The notes under the pieces were generated by a model. That model was not told where the DNA came from. It saw nothing but the letters and a program-made list of their open reading frames with translations, and did not search any database. Made by a program: the position numbers and the translations under genes. 64,000 bases of DNA. Origin: a virus. The stretch lies in the IMG/VR virus record IMGVR_UViG_3300009776_000830; one strand, written 5' to 3'. Positions 1 to 8,114 of this stretch are shown in pieces. Positions within the stretch are counted from its first letter, which is position 1; the number at the start of each line of letters is the position of its first letter.

Positions 1-1
1 G

Positions 2-709
2 GGGTATAGATTAAAGAATGACACAAGTGGTGGGCAAGGCGCAGATTATTGGAAAGGAAAAAAATTGTCAAACGAACATAAATTGAAAGTGAAAATGAAC
101 AATCCTTTGAGAAAAGATATTTGTGAATATGAAATAGGAACAGATAAATTATTGGCTGAATATATATCTGTTCGTGAAGCTAGTAAAAAAACTGGACATA
201 CTGAGTATGCGATCATAAGTAGTTGTAAAGGATTATCAACGCCGGATAAATTTGGTGTCTATTGGAGATATAAAGATAATTATTTTCCATATGAAGCTAG
301 AGATTTGAAACCAAGTGAGGAAACTATTCAAAAAATAAAATTAAAACAACATAGAAATAATATTTGTCAGTATGAAATTGGAACAGATAGATTATTATCG
401 ACATATGAATCGAGTTATGATGCCGAAAGAATAACTGGAATAAATAGATCCCACATAATGAAATGCTGTAGAGGAATAAAAAATTATAACTCTGTTGGTG
501 GATATTACTGGAGATTTGAAGATAATTATTTTCCATATGAACCACCAGCAAATAGACCCATAAAAATAGAACAATATGATAAAAATGGAAATTTAATTAA
601 AATATATAACTCTACATACGAGTTGAGAAAAGAATTAAAAATAGATTTTAGAGCCATAATTAAAAATAATTATGATTATCTTGGATATGATTGGAAAATT
701 AAAAAATAA
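2..709 (+). CDS. GIY-YIG-family homing endonuclease, C-terminal part with NUMOD3 and three NUMOD1 DNA-binding repeats (5' truncated by window edge)
   Basis: Frame is open from position 2: GYRLKNDTSGGQG (N-x-T-x-GG-x-G end of the GIY-YIG module), KGKKLSNEHK (NUMOD3-like), then three ICxYEIGT..Y.S...A...G...I..CC.G-type NUMOD1 repeats. Confidence 0.75.
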   Translation, partial: GYRLKNDTSGGQGADYWKGKKLSNEHKLKVKMNNPLRKDICEYEIGTDKLLAEYISVREASKKTGHTEYAIISSCKGLSTPDKFGVYWRYKDNYFPYEARDLKPSEETIQKIKLKQHRNNICQYEIGTDRLLSTYESSYDAERITGINRSHIMKCCRGIKNYNSVGGYYWRFEDNYFPYEPPANRPIKIEQYDKNGNLIKIYNSTYELRKELKIDFRAIIKNNYDYLGYDWKIKK

Positions 710-721
710 ATAAATAAAAAC

Positions 722-2323
722 ATGAAAAAAATGAATTTAATAAATTTAACGGAATTTGATAAATTTGTCGAAATGATGAACGAAAGCGTAAGTGGTTCAG
801 TACGAAGCCGTTTTGCCCCTTCGCCTACAGGCGCACTTCACCTTGGGGGGGTGCGAACCGCGTTATATAATTATCTTTTCGCAAAAAAACATAATGGTGT
901 GTTTTATTTAAGAATTGAGGATACTGATCAGGTTCGTTTTGTGCCAGGCGCCGAAGAATATATTAGAAAGTCTTTAGAGTGGTGTGGAATTTCACCGGAT
1001 GAATCTCCTTGGCAGGGTGGGCCTTACGGTCCTTATCGTCAATCAGAAAGATATGACATATATCCAAAATATGCTAAAGAATTAGTGGATAAGGGTAAAG
1101 CCTATTATTGTTTTGACACACCAGATGATATAGAAAATATGAAATCTAAACTCTTAGAACAGGGAGTTGCTTCACCTCAATATGATGCTAACACCAGAAT
1201 GATGATGAAAAATTCTCTAACTCTTTCAGCAGATGAAGTTCAACATTTATTGGATTCAAAAGCTCCTTTTGTCATTAGAATAAAGTTTCCAGAAGACACA
1301 CAAATAGTTGTTAATGATATAATTAGAGGAACTGTTGTTGCCAACACAAACACATTGGATGATAAAGTTTTATTCAAATCAGACGGACTACCTACTTATC
1401 ACTTGGCTAATGTTGTTGATGATCATTTAATGAAAACATCGCACGTTATACGTGGAGAAGAGTGGTTGCCAAGTGCTCCGCTTCATTTCTTTTTATATGA
1501 GGCATTCGGTTGGGATACACCAGAATTTGCTCATCTTTCATTAATATTGAAACCAAGTGGGGCTGGAAAATTGAGTAAAAGAGATGGGGACGCTTTAGGA
1601 TTTCCAGTTTTTCCTTTAAAGTGGACGGATCCTAAAAATCCAGATGCCACATCAAAAGGATATAAAGACAGCGGTTATTTGCCTGAAGCTTTCATAAATA
1701 TGTTGGCTTTTCTTGGTTGGAATCCAGGAACAGAGCAAGAAGTTATGACAATGGACGAGCTCATACAATCTTTTTCATTAGAAAGATGTGGTAAAGCTGG
1801 AGCTCGTTTTAATATAGAAAAAACGAAATGGTATAACGGACAATATATTAGAAAAATGTCTGATGAAGAGGTTTTTGATGAATTAAAAAAATCACTGGAT
1901 GAAAGAGGAATAGATTTACCAGATGGAACTATAAAGAAAATGATAGAAATGAATAAGGGTAAAGTTAATTTTGTTTCAGATATATATGAAGCTTCTTTAT
2001 ATTTATTTGAAAAACCAGAAACATATGATAAGAAAACTGTCGAGAAGAAATGGACAGAAAAAAGCCCTGAGGTAATTTCTAATTTGAGAGAAGTTTTAGA
2101 AGGTGTCCACGATTGGTCAGGTGAAAATATTCAAAGAGCATTTGAAAAATATGTTAATGAAAATCCTGATTTGAATTTTGGTATGGTTGCTCCGGCATTG
2201 AGACTTGTTTTAACTGGTATGGGTAATGGTCCATCACTATTTGATATTATGGAAATCATCGGTAAAGAAGAAACGTTAAATAGAATGACAAATTATAATA
2301 TACAAGTTAAAAAGAAAAAATAG
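722..2323 (+). CDS. gltX: Glutamate--tRNA ligase (Bacteroidetes-type) with an extra N-terminal capsid-targeting-like leader
   Basis: RFAPSPTGALHLGG (HIGH), RIEDTDQ, HVIRGEEWLPS, GKLSKRDG (KMSKS), GFPVFPLKWTDP insert typical of Bacteroidetes GluRS. Confidence 0.97.
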   Translation: MKKMNLINLTEFDKFVEMMNESVSGSVRSRFAPSPTGALHLGGVRTALYNYLFAKKHNGVFYLRIEDTDQVRFVPGAEEYIRKSLEWCGISPDESPWQGGPYGPYRQSERYDIYPKYAKELVDKGKAYYCFDTPDDIENMKSKLLEQGVASPQYDANTRMMMKNSLTLSADEVQHLLDSKAPFVIRIKFPEDTQIVVNDIIRGTVVANTNTLDDKVLFKSDGLPTYHLANVVDDHLMKTSHVIRGEEWLPSAPLHFFLYEAFGWDTPEFAHLSLILKPSGAGKLSKRDGDALGFPVFPLKWTDPKNPDATSKGYKDSGYLPEAFINMLAFLGWNPGTEQEVMTMDELIQSFSLERCGKAGARFNIEKTKWYNGQYIRKMSDEEVFDELKKSLDERGIDLPDGTIKKMIEMNKGKVNFVSDIYEASLYLFEKPETYDKKTVEKKWTEKSPEVISNLREVLEGVHDWSGENIQRAFEKYVNENPDLNFGMVAPALRLVLTGMGNGPSLFDIMEIIGKEETLNRMTNYNIQVKKKK

Positions 2324-2324
2324 T

Positions 2325-2455
2325 ATGAAGTATATAAAATTATACGAGCAAAAGATTTTGAAAATGATTCCTGGGGAGAGGATACACCTCGTGAAAATAG
2401 TTTAATAGACATACTTAGAATGATATTTTATGGCATTCATATTTTTTTAATTTAA
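2325..2455 (+). pseudogene. Possible frameshifted small gene with CTS-like start
   Basis: ATG 2325 gives MKYIKLYEQ then stops after 26 aa; the -1 frame continues DFENDSWGEDTPRENSLIDILRMIF, resembling the acidic DPFGED motif of other small genes. Confidence 0.3.
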
Positions 2456-2590
2456 GGATTCAATTTTCATTTTCTCATCTACTACACCATAATCAACTGG
2501 CTGATCAATATCAACCAAATTGTTGGCAATCAACCAACTAAAAAACATGTCAGAAATAATCTGTTCGATTGGTTTGTCAAAATTTTCCAT
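2447..2590 (-). CDS. Small hypothetical protein (47 aa)
   Basis: Manual translation MENFDKPIEQIISDMFFSWLIANNLVDIDQPVDYGVVDEKMKIESLN, A-rich leader, downstream of and co-oriented with 2652..4016. Confidence 0.5.
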   Translation of the reverse strand: MENFDKPIEQIISDMFFSWLIANNLVDIDQPVDYGVVDEKMKIESLN

Positions 2591-2651
2591 TTTTGTTTGT
2601 TTTAAATGTTATACAAAAATAGAAAAAAATTTCAGAAATAAAAAAAATAAA

Positions 2652-4016
2652 TTATAGATTTACTGTTTTATTGGTTGGTTTTTTTCTCATTCCACCAGGC
2701 TTTCCTTTACCTTTTCCTTTCTTCTTTTCTTCACCGCCTTCACCTTCTTCGCCAGCAAAATGATTATAAATATCTGGATAAAGTCTTTTATCAGCTCCTA
2801 TGTTATAATTCAGTTTAAAATAATCGTTGAAATCTAAAAGATCACTTTTTTGTAAATTATACTCACGATTTATATTTAATAATCTATCTACTTGAGAATT
2901 AAGTTTTTCTACAAACTGATTGAATATTTCTACTGTCTGCTCATTGAAAACTCCAACAGGTTTTTTTCGTTTTTTACTGAACGATCCCAACAAAACTTTA
3001 AACATATATTCTATTTTTTTACTAGACTTTAAATTTTCTATCGTTTTTCTATTACTCAACAAGTCTAAATTGATTTTGAATTTCTCATCCATAAAGAATG
3101 GTGGTATATTGATCTCCCATTTATCAATATCACCTTTTATGTTTTCTATATAGTCATTGAAAATTTGGCACATCAACTCTATATAAATCTCATCTTTTAT
3201 ATCGGCTCTAATTTTATATTTGCTTATATCTACGAGCTGACAAAATTCTAGAAAATTCAATAATATTAAACTATACATTTCTACATATCCAGTATCATTA
3301 TAATATGATAATCTTTTATAAAGAGGGTTTAATATTTCGAAACTATATTCATCATTACCGTTTATTTTAATAACTATTTTCTCAAGATTATCATTGAAAT
3401 TTCCAGTGTCCATTAAAAATGAATTCTCAACTTGCGGATTTAATATATCATAGAAAAATTTAGCGAAATTACTTTCACCGAAGACGTATTCTAGATCATT
3501 TTCAGATGTGTTTAAGAAAAGTCCTATTATTTCGATTTGTTTTTCATTTAATTTTCCCATATAAATAACTGGCAAAAAATCACAATCAAATAAATTAGCA
3601 TATTCTTTTATTTCATCATAATTATAAACATATCTGCTTCCTTTTATTATACACGTCAATATCAATCCATTTTTCGGAATTTTACTATATTGTATGTTGC
3701 CTGGTTGAGCATCATAAGGTGGAAAATATTCAAAACAAAACCACCAATTCATATTTAATAAATTCGTTATGTAGCTTGGTAAAGTGTGAAAATAAGAAAA
3801 TGCCGAATTATAAAATTTCTGAATAGCTAAGTCTATGAAATTCAGCGGATCGTTTTTTACGCTTTTTGGTTTGATTACAAATTTATCACCGTCCCATTTT
3901 ACAAATATTCTTGATCCTTGAACATCTTCATAGATTAAAAGATCTTTATCTTTAATTATTTTTATAAATTCAGAAGATGTTTCGATGTCATTATTTAATT
4001 TTACTAACTTTGTCAT
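2652..4016 (-). CDS. RNA/DNA ligase nucleotidyltransferase-fold protein, apparently lacking the catalytic Lys
   Basis: Motif order YEDVQGSRIFV (motif I-like), FCFEYF (III), PVIYMGKL (IIIa), EKIVIK (IV), FEILNP (V). Confidence 0.45.
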   Translation of the reverse strand: MTKLVKLNNDIETSSEFIKIIKDKDLLIYEDVQGSRIFVKWDGDKFVIKPKSVKNDPLNFIDLAIQKFYNSAFSYFHTLPSYITNLLNMNWWFCFEYFPPYDAQPGNIQYSKIPKNGLILTCIIKGSRYVYNYDEIKEYANLFDCDFLPVIYMGKLNEKQIEIIGLFLNTSENDLEYVFGESNFAKFFYDILNPQVENSFLMDTGNFNDNLEKIVIKINGNDEYSFEILNPLYKRLSYYNDTGYVEMYSLILLNFLEFCQLVDISKYKIRADIKDEIYIELMCQIFNDYIENIKGDIDKWEINIPPFFMDEKFKINLDLLSNRKTIENLKSSKKIEYMFKVLLGSFSKKRKKPVGVFNEQTVEIFNQFVEKLNSQVDRLLNINREYNLQKSDLLDFNDYFKLNYNIGADKRLYPDIYNHFAGEEGEGGEEKKKGKGKGKPGGMRKKPTNKTVNL

Positions 4017-4111
4017 AATATATTCTTTTGTTTTTTGAATATTTTATTTATATATATAAAAAATATTGAGTCAAAAATTTAATATATAACATAACAAATA
4101 ACATCAATTAA

Positions 4112-4897
4112 ATGATCGATAAGTTTATACAATTCAATGAGTCAAGGAGATCTAAAAAAAGAAGATTTCATGGAATAGAAAGAAATTATAATAGATATAA
4201 TAGAAGTTTAGAGGAATCTTCACCAGAAAATGGCATGAAACTTGATGTTTCTCCACGATTTAAGGCTGTTGTAGAAAAGATGGTCGGAATTGGTGGCCTG
4301 ATAGCTAAAAATCTTTTAGAAGAAATAAATAAAAAAGAAAGACTGTTTAAAATATCTTATATAGATATATCTAGAAATCTAGATATGTTGACATATTTAC
4401 CTTTATCTGAAAAAAACTCTGGAACCGATCCTTATAAAAATCCAAAAAGAATTGGTTCTAAAATATATAAGGTCATAAGAATGCTTTTCGAAAATAGTGT
4501 CACAAAAGAAGAAATTCAAAAATTTGTATCTGTTTTTAAAAAGGTTTGTAGTTCCGATCCAGAACGACCTTCTCCAAAACCAAAAACTGAAGTTTCAGGT
4601 GTCAAAGAAGACAAAAAAACAAATAATGAGATAATATTCAAATTAATTGAAGACACTATAGAAAATAAAATTAAGTGGGAGACAGTACAGAACACAGATA
4701 ATCTAGAAAGTTATAGGACCATTGTTAATATAACAAATAATAAAAAATTAGAAATTGATGTGTTTATAATGAAAAAAAATATTGATCTCAGTAGTTTATC
4801 TATATTTTATATAATTAATAAAAATAATAATTTTATAAAAAGTATAAAATTTTCTGAAATAAAAGAATTTGAAGATTTGATTGAATTAATTAGATAA
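4112..4897 (+). CDS. Hypothetical protein, paralog of 5234..5887, shares its N-domain with 11243..12520; CTS-like start
   Basis: MIDKFIQFNES start; SPRF/SYID/DMLTYL domain; TAATATATA at 4080. Confidence 0.8.
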   Translation: MIDKFIQFNESRRSKKRRFHGIERNYNRYNRSLEESSPENGMKLDVSPRFKAVVEKMVGIGGLIAKNLLEEINKKERLFKISYIDISRNLDMLTYLPLSEKNSGTDPYKNPKRIGSKIYKVIRMLFENSVTKEEIQKFVSVFKKVCSSDPERPSPKPKTEVSGVKEDKKTNNEIIFKLIEDTIENKIKWETVQNTDNLESYRTIVNITNNKKLEIDVFIMKKNIDLSSLSIFYIINKNNNFIKSIKFSEIKEFEDLIELIR

Positions 4898-4934
4898 AAT
4901 ATTTTGATTAAAATTATTTAATATATAAATCTAT

Positions 4935-5252
4935 ATGGAAAAATTTAGCAATAAGTATATAGAGCAGTTTGATATTTTAAAAAAGGCTATCATAGGATTT
5001 GAGTTTGAATTTTATGCTGAAAGATCTTATTATAAATTATTGGAATTATTGAATCGTGAACTCGAACCAATTAATGTCTGGGGTCGTAGAAAATATCACT
5101 CTGATTTAGAACCGGATTCGAAAAATTTTAAAATTGAACCTGATTTATCTGGTGGCCCCAATATGATTGAATTGATCACAGGACCAATGCCTTACCATAA
5201 CGCCAAACTTATTCTTTTAAAAATTTTAAAGAAGTGTCCCCTAGATTTATAG
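4935..5252 (+). pseudogene. 5' stub (about 99 codons) of the amidoligase gene 8115..9515
   Basis: Near-identical N-terminal protein sequence (MEKFSNKYI..GFEFEF..KIEPDLS..ELITGPMPYHNAKLILLKILK); homology ends at 5231. Confidence 0.85.
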
Positions 5253-5887
5253 CAGCCGTTAGAAAAATGTCAGAAGTTGGTGGGTCTATCGTAAAGAAAT
5301 TATTAGATGAAATAGAAAATAAAAATAATCTATACAACATATCTTATATTGATTTGTCTAGAAATCTTGATATGCTAACATATTTGCCATTGTCGGAAAA
5401 AGATTCAAAAATAGATCCTTATAAAAATCAGAAAAGAATAGGTTCAAAAATATATAAGGTGATAAGAATGATATTTGGTAATGAAGTGACAAAAAACGAA
5501 ATACAAAAATTCGTATCTGTTTTTAAGAATGTTTGTAGTTGTGTGCCAACAACGCGACCAAAAACAAAAACCGAAAACCGAAAACAAACGGATAAAGAAA
5601 TTGTTGACACTTTAATAAAAAATACCGTAGAAAATAAGATTTCGTGGAAAAATAATCAAAAAACTGAAAATTTAGAATCTTATGTTGCTGTATATGAAAT
5701 AACCGATAACAAAGAATTAGAATTCAATTTATATATATTCCCAAAAGAAGAACATATAAGTAACATGGCTATATCTTATAGGGTTAATACCACCAAAATC
5801 CTTAAAAGAGATTTTATCAAGAATATAAATTTTAGTGGCGCTGGATTATTAAGCGAGTTCAACGATCTGAAAGAATTAGTGAAATGA
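5234..5887 (+). CDS. Diverged, N-terminally shortened copy of 4112..4897
   Basis: EVSPRF..SYIDLSRNLDMLTYLPLSEK..DPYKN.KRIGSKIYKVIRM aligns with the 4112 product from its codon ~44 onward. Confidence 0.75.
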   Translation: MSPRFIAAVRKMSEVGGSIVKKLLDEIENKNNLYNISYIDLSRNLDMLTYLPLSEKDSKIDPYKNQKRIGSKIYKVIRMIFGNEVTKNEIQKFVSVFKNVCSCVPTTRPKTKTENRKQTDKEIVDTLIKNTVENKISWKNNQKTENLESYVAVYEITDNKELEFNLYIFPKEEHISNMAISYRVNTTKILKRDFIKNINFSGAGLLSEFNDLKELVK

Positions 5888-5895
5888 AAAATGAA

Positions 5896-6048
5896 TTATT
5901 TTTTCCAAACGAATTTTAAATTTCCGGAATCATAGATTCTATATATGCCGTTTTCTAACATTATTTCGTGTTCTGTTTTATTCGGATCCGATCCTTTTTT
6001 TACCAATCTGTCTTTTCTAAAATTAAATCTATTTTTTCGTCGCCGCCC
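5896..6048 (-). pseudogene. C-terminal remnant (about 50 aa) of a Hef-like/PD-(D/E)xK homing endonuclease
   Basis: Manual translation KNRFNFRKDRLVKKGSDPNKTEHEIMLENGIYRIYDSGNLKFVWKK* closely matches the C-terminus of 46795..48480. Confidence 0.8.
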
Positions 6049-6071
6049 CTAAAAAATAAATCACAGAAACA

Positions 6072-6290
6072 ATGGAAAAAACCTTTGAAAGATTTCTGAA
6101 TATTTTTAAGGAAAAATCTTGTGACGACGATGATATCGCTGAAAAAATATATAAACACATTCAGGAAAATGATATTTTTGTGAATAAAGATATTCGTGGT
6201 TATCATTTTCATATTTTGTTAAATGAGACGGAAAATGATAGGGAAGATCCGTTTAATGAAGACTCAGCAAATTCTATTGAGATTTCGTAG
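6072..6290 (+). CDS. Small hypothetical protein with CTS-like start and EDPFNED motif (possibly truncated)
   Basis: MEKTFERFLN start; ORF track. Confidence 0.5.
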   Translation: MEKTFERFLNIFKEKSCDDDDIAEKIYKHIQENDIFVNKDIRGYHFHILLNETENDREDPFNEDSANSIEIS

Positions 6291-6328
6291 ACTCTCATTT
6301 TATTCAATTAAACTACAGGACCTCTATG

Positions 6329-6400
6329 TGCGACTGGATGGATTCGAACCACCGACGAATTGCATGTAACACAATCACTCTACCCCTGAGCTACAATCGC
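6329..6400 (-). tRNA. tRNA-Val(TAC)
   Basis: Cloverleaf folded by hand: acceptor GCGATTG/CAGTCGC, D arm GCTC/GAGT, anticodon stem ATTGT/GCAAT with loop GT-TAC-AT, T loop TTCGAAT; no encoded CCA. Confidence 0.88.
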
Positions 6401-6411
6401 TTATATATGTG

Positions 6412-6482
6412 TGTTCCCGAATGGAATCGAACCATTGCCATTTGAATGTGACTCAAATATTCTCCCTTTAAACCACAGGAAC
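6412..6482 (-). tRNA. tRNA-Val(CAC)
   Basis: Acceptor GTTCCTG/CGGGAAC, anticodon stem TTTGA/TCAAA with loop GT-CAC-AT, T arm AATGG-TTCGATT-CCATT; weak D arm; no encoded CCA. Confidence 0.85.
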
Positions 6483-6512
6483 AAAAAATGACAAAAAATG
6501 ATTAAAAAGTAT

Positions 6513-6521
6513 TAATATATA
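6513..6521 (+). promoter_or_regulatory. TAATATATA putative phage late-promoter box
   Basis: Same 9-mer recurs shortly upstream of many starts (see finding). Confidence 0.5.
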
Positions 6522-6541
6522 GAATAAAAATTATTTTTATT

Positions 6542-6916
6542 ATGAAAACATATTTAGAATTTTTAAATGAACAAGCCGCTCCAGCACCCGCTCCAGCACC
6601 CGCTCCAGCACCCGCTCCAGCACCCGCTCCAGCACCCGCTCCAGCACCCGCTCCAGCACCCGATCCAGCACCGCCCGCTCCAGCCACACAAATCCCAAAA
6701 AGAACAACTTCTTATGGTGGGAATTTAGCGAGAGCTAATGATGATAAGGTTCATGAAATAATATATAAATTAACACCTCAAACAAAAACTGATCTTCAAA
6801 ATGTTTATAAGAAAGTATTAGACGAAATCCATAAGACATTTAAAGATGATCCATCTATGACTACAAGAGATATTGCAACTGCTGTAGGAAGTATAATGTA
6901 TAATCAGCAGGGATAA
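6542..6916 (+). CDS. Putative internal head protein with T4-type capsid-targeting sequence and (Pro-Ala)n linker
   Basis: Starts MKTYLEFLNE (7/10 identical to the T4 IPII/IPIII CTS MKTYQEFIAE), followed by a PA repeat. Confidence 0.7.
   Translation: MKTYLEFLNEQAAPAPAPAPAPAPAPAPAPAPAPAPAPAPDPAPPAPATQIPKRTTSYGGNLARANDDKVHEIIYKLTPQTKTDLQNVYKKVLDEIHKTFKDDPSMTTRDIATAVGSIMYNQQG
6578..6673 (+). repeat. 12-bp tandem repeat GCTCCAGCACCC x7 plus one variant, encoding (APAP)n
   Basis: Read directly from the sequence. Confidence 0.95.
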
Positions 6917-6918
6917 TT

Positions 6919-7254
6919 TTAATTCTTCAACCTATTGAATAATTCCATTTTTTTATCAGGGAATATTTTAATAAAAATTTCACAAGGTGAAAATCTATTA
7001 TCCCCTCTCAAATTATAATCCGACTTTCTTAAATTAGATAAGTCGGATTTTTCATTTATAATTTCGTCAGATGTTATTGTACATGGACAACATCTCAAAT
7101 CCAATTTTATTACTCTTTTCGTATATCCAATAGATTTTAAATCTCTATAAATTTCCGAGTTTTCATTTAATGCGTTTCTTGTGACTTCGTTTGCGTAGTA
7201 TCTCAACCATTGCAATTCTAGGTCAATAAATTTGTTCAATTCTTCTAATTTCAT
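6919..7254 (-). CDS. Hypothetical protein
   Basis: 111-aa ORF, convergent with 6542..6916. Confidence 0.7.
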   Translation of the reverse strand: MKLEELNKFIDLELQWLRYYANEVTRNALNENSEIYRDLKSIGYTKRVIKLDLRCCPCTITSDEIINEKSDLSNLRKSDYNLRGDNRFSPCEIFIKIFPDKKMELFNRLKN

Positions 7255-7256
7255 TA

Positions 7257-7500
7257 TTATTTTATTTCTGGATATTTTTTAATCATATCATTATCTAGTA
7301 TATAATCCTTTGAATCCCCCAACCATTTTCTTAATATATTCTCTATTATATTTATATCTAAATCTGGATCAAAACAAATAATGGATTGATCTCGCAGACA
7401 AGGGCATTTTTGCCGCTAAACTTATATCAAGCAATGAAAAGATGTTTAAATATGATTTGATTTGGAAAAAAGGGGAAAGGATAAGTGGTTTCTTGAATTC
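7257..7500. other. Two juxtaposed start-less coding fragments on opposite strands
   Basis: Minus: DQSIICFDPDLDINIIENILRKWLGDSKDYILDNDMIKKYPEIK* ending at 7257; plus: WIDLADKGIFAAKLISSNEKMFKYDLIWKKGERISGF from ~7382; no in-frame starts seen. Confidence 0.35.
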
Positions 7501-8021
7501 TAAAAGGCAACCAAATTTGTTTCCTTTATTTTATCTCTAATGAGATCTATCTTTAGGGGGGATGTGACACCATATTTTTTCAAATTTGTTTCCTTTATTT
7601 TATTTTTTATTTCATTATTTTGAGTGAAGTGTTTACACCCGTATTTCTTCATGGATGTTTCTTCAACAGATTTCTTGTATTCATCGGTTTTTGTATAATG
7701 ATCCACCCCGTATTTTTTTAGAGTTGTGTTTTTCACTTTATTGTTCGCACAAATAGAAGAACACGCATAAAAACCACCGTTTTTTATGTTCTTGTAATAT
7801 TTCTGAAACATTAATTTTTTTTGTTTTCCACACACATCGCATTCAACATCAATGATGGTGTGTGAACCAGGATTAAGATCTATGGTTTTTATTTCAACGA
7901 AATCATTTAAAAATATGGAATTATATCCCCTTAATTTTAAATATTCTATGTTTTTTTTTGTTACTTTTATTTTCATTTTGTCGTTTATTATCATAAAATG
8001 TTTTATTTTTTTGTTCCACAT
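7500..8021 (-). pseudogene. N-terminal fragment of a Hef-like homing endonuclease (Zn ribbon + KYG repeats), nuclease domain missing; likely start MIINDK
   Basis: IIDVECDVCGK, ACSSIC, repeated LKKYGV units as in 43296..45053; abrupt end TNLVAF*. Confidence 0.75.
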
Positions 8022-8114
8022 CTAAGTAATGGATCAATAGGTCTAATAGTATATATAAAAATTATCCATCATTATTTTTTTATTTTCGTAAAAAAAGTTT
8101 AATATATAGACTTA

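Noticed and set aside
6502-6687. Poly-(Gly-Ala) ORF on the minus strand
   Set aside because: Antisense shadow of the (Pro-Ala)n repeat in 6542..6916, which has the CTS start and a promoter box.
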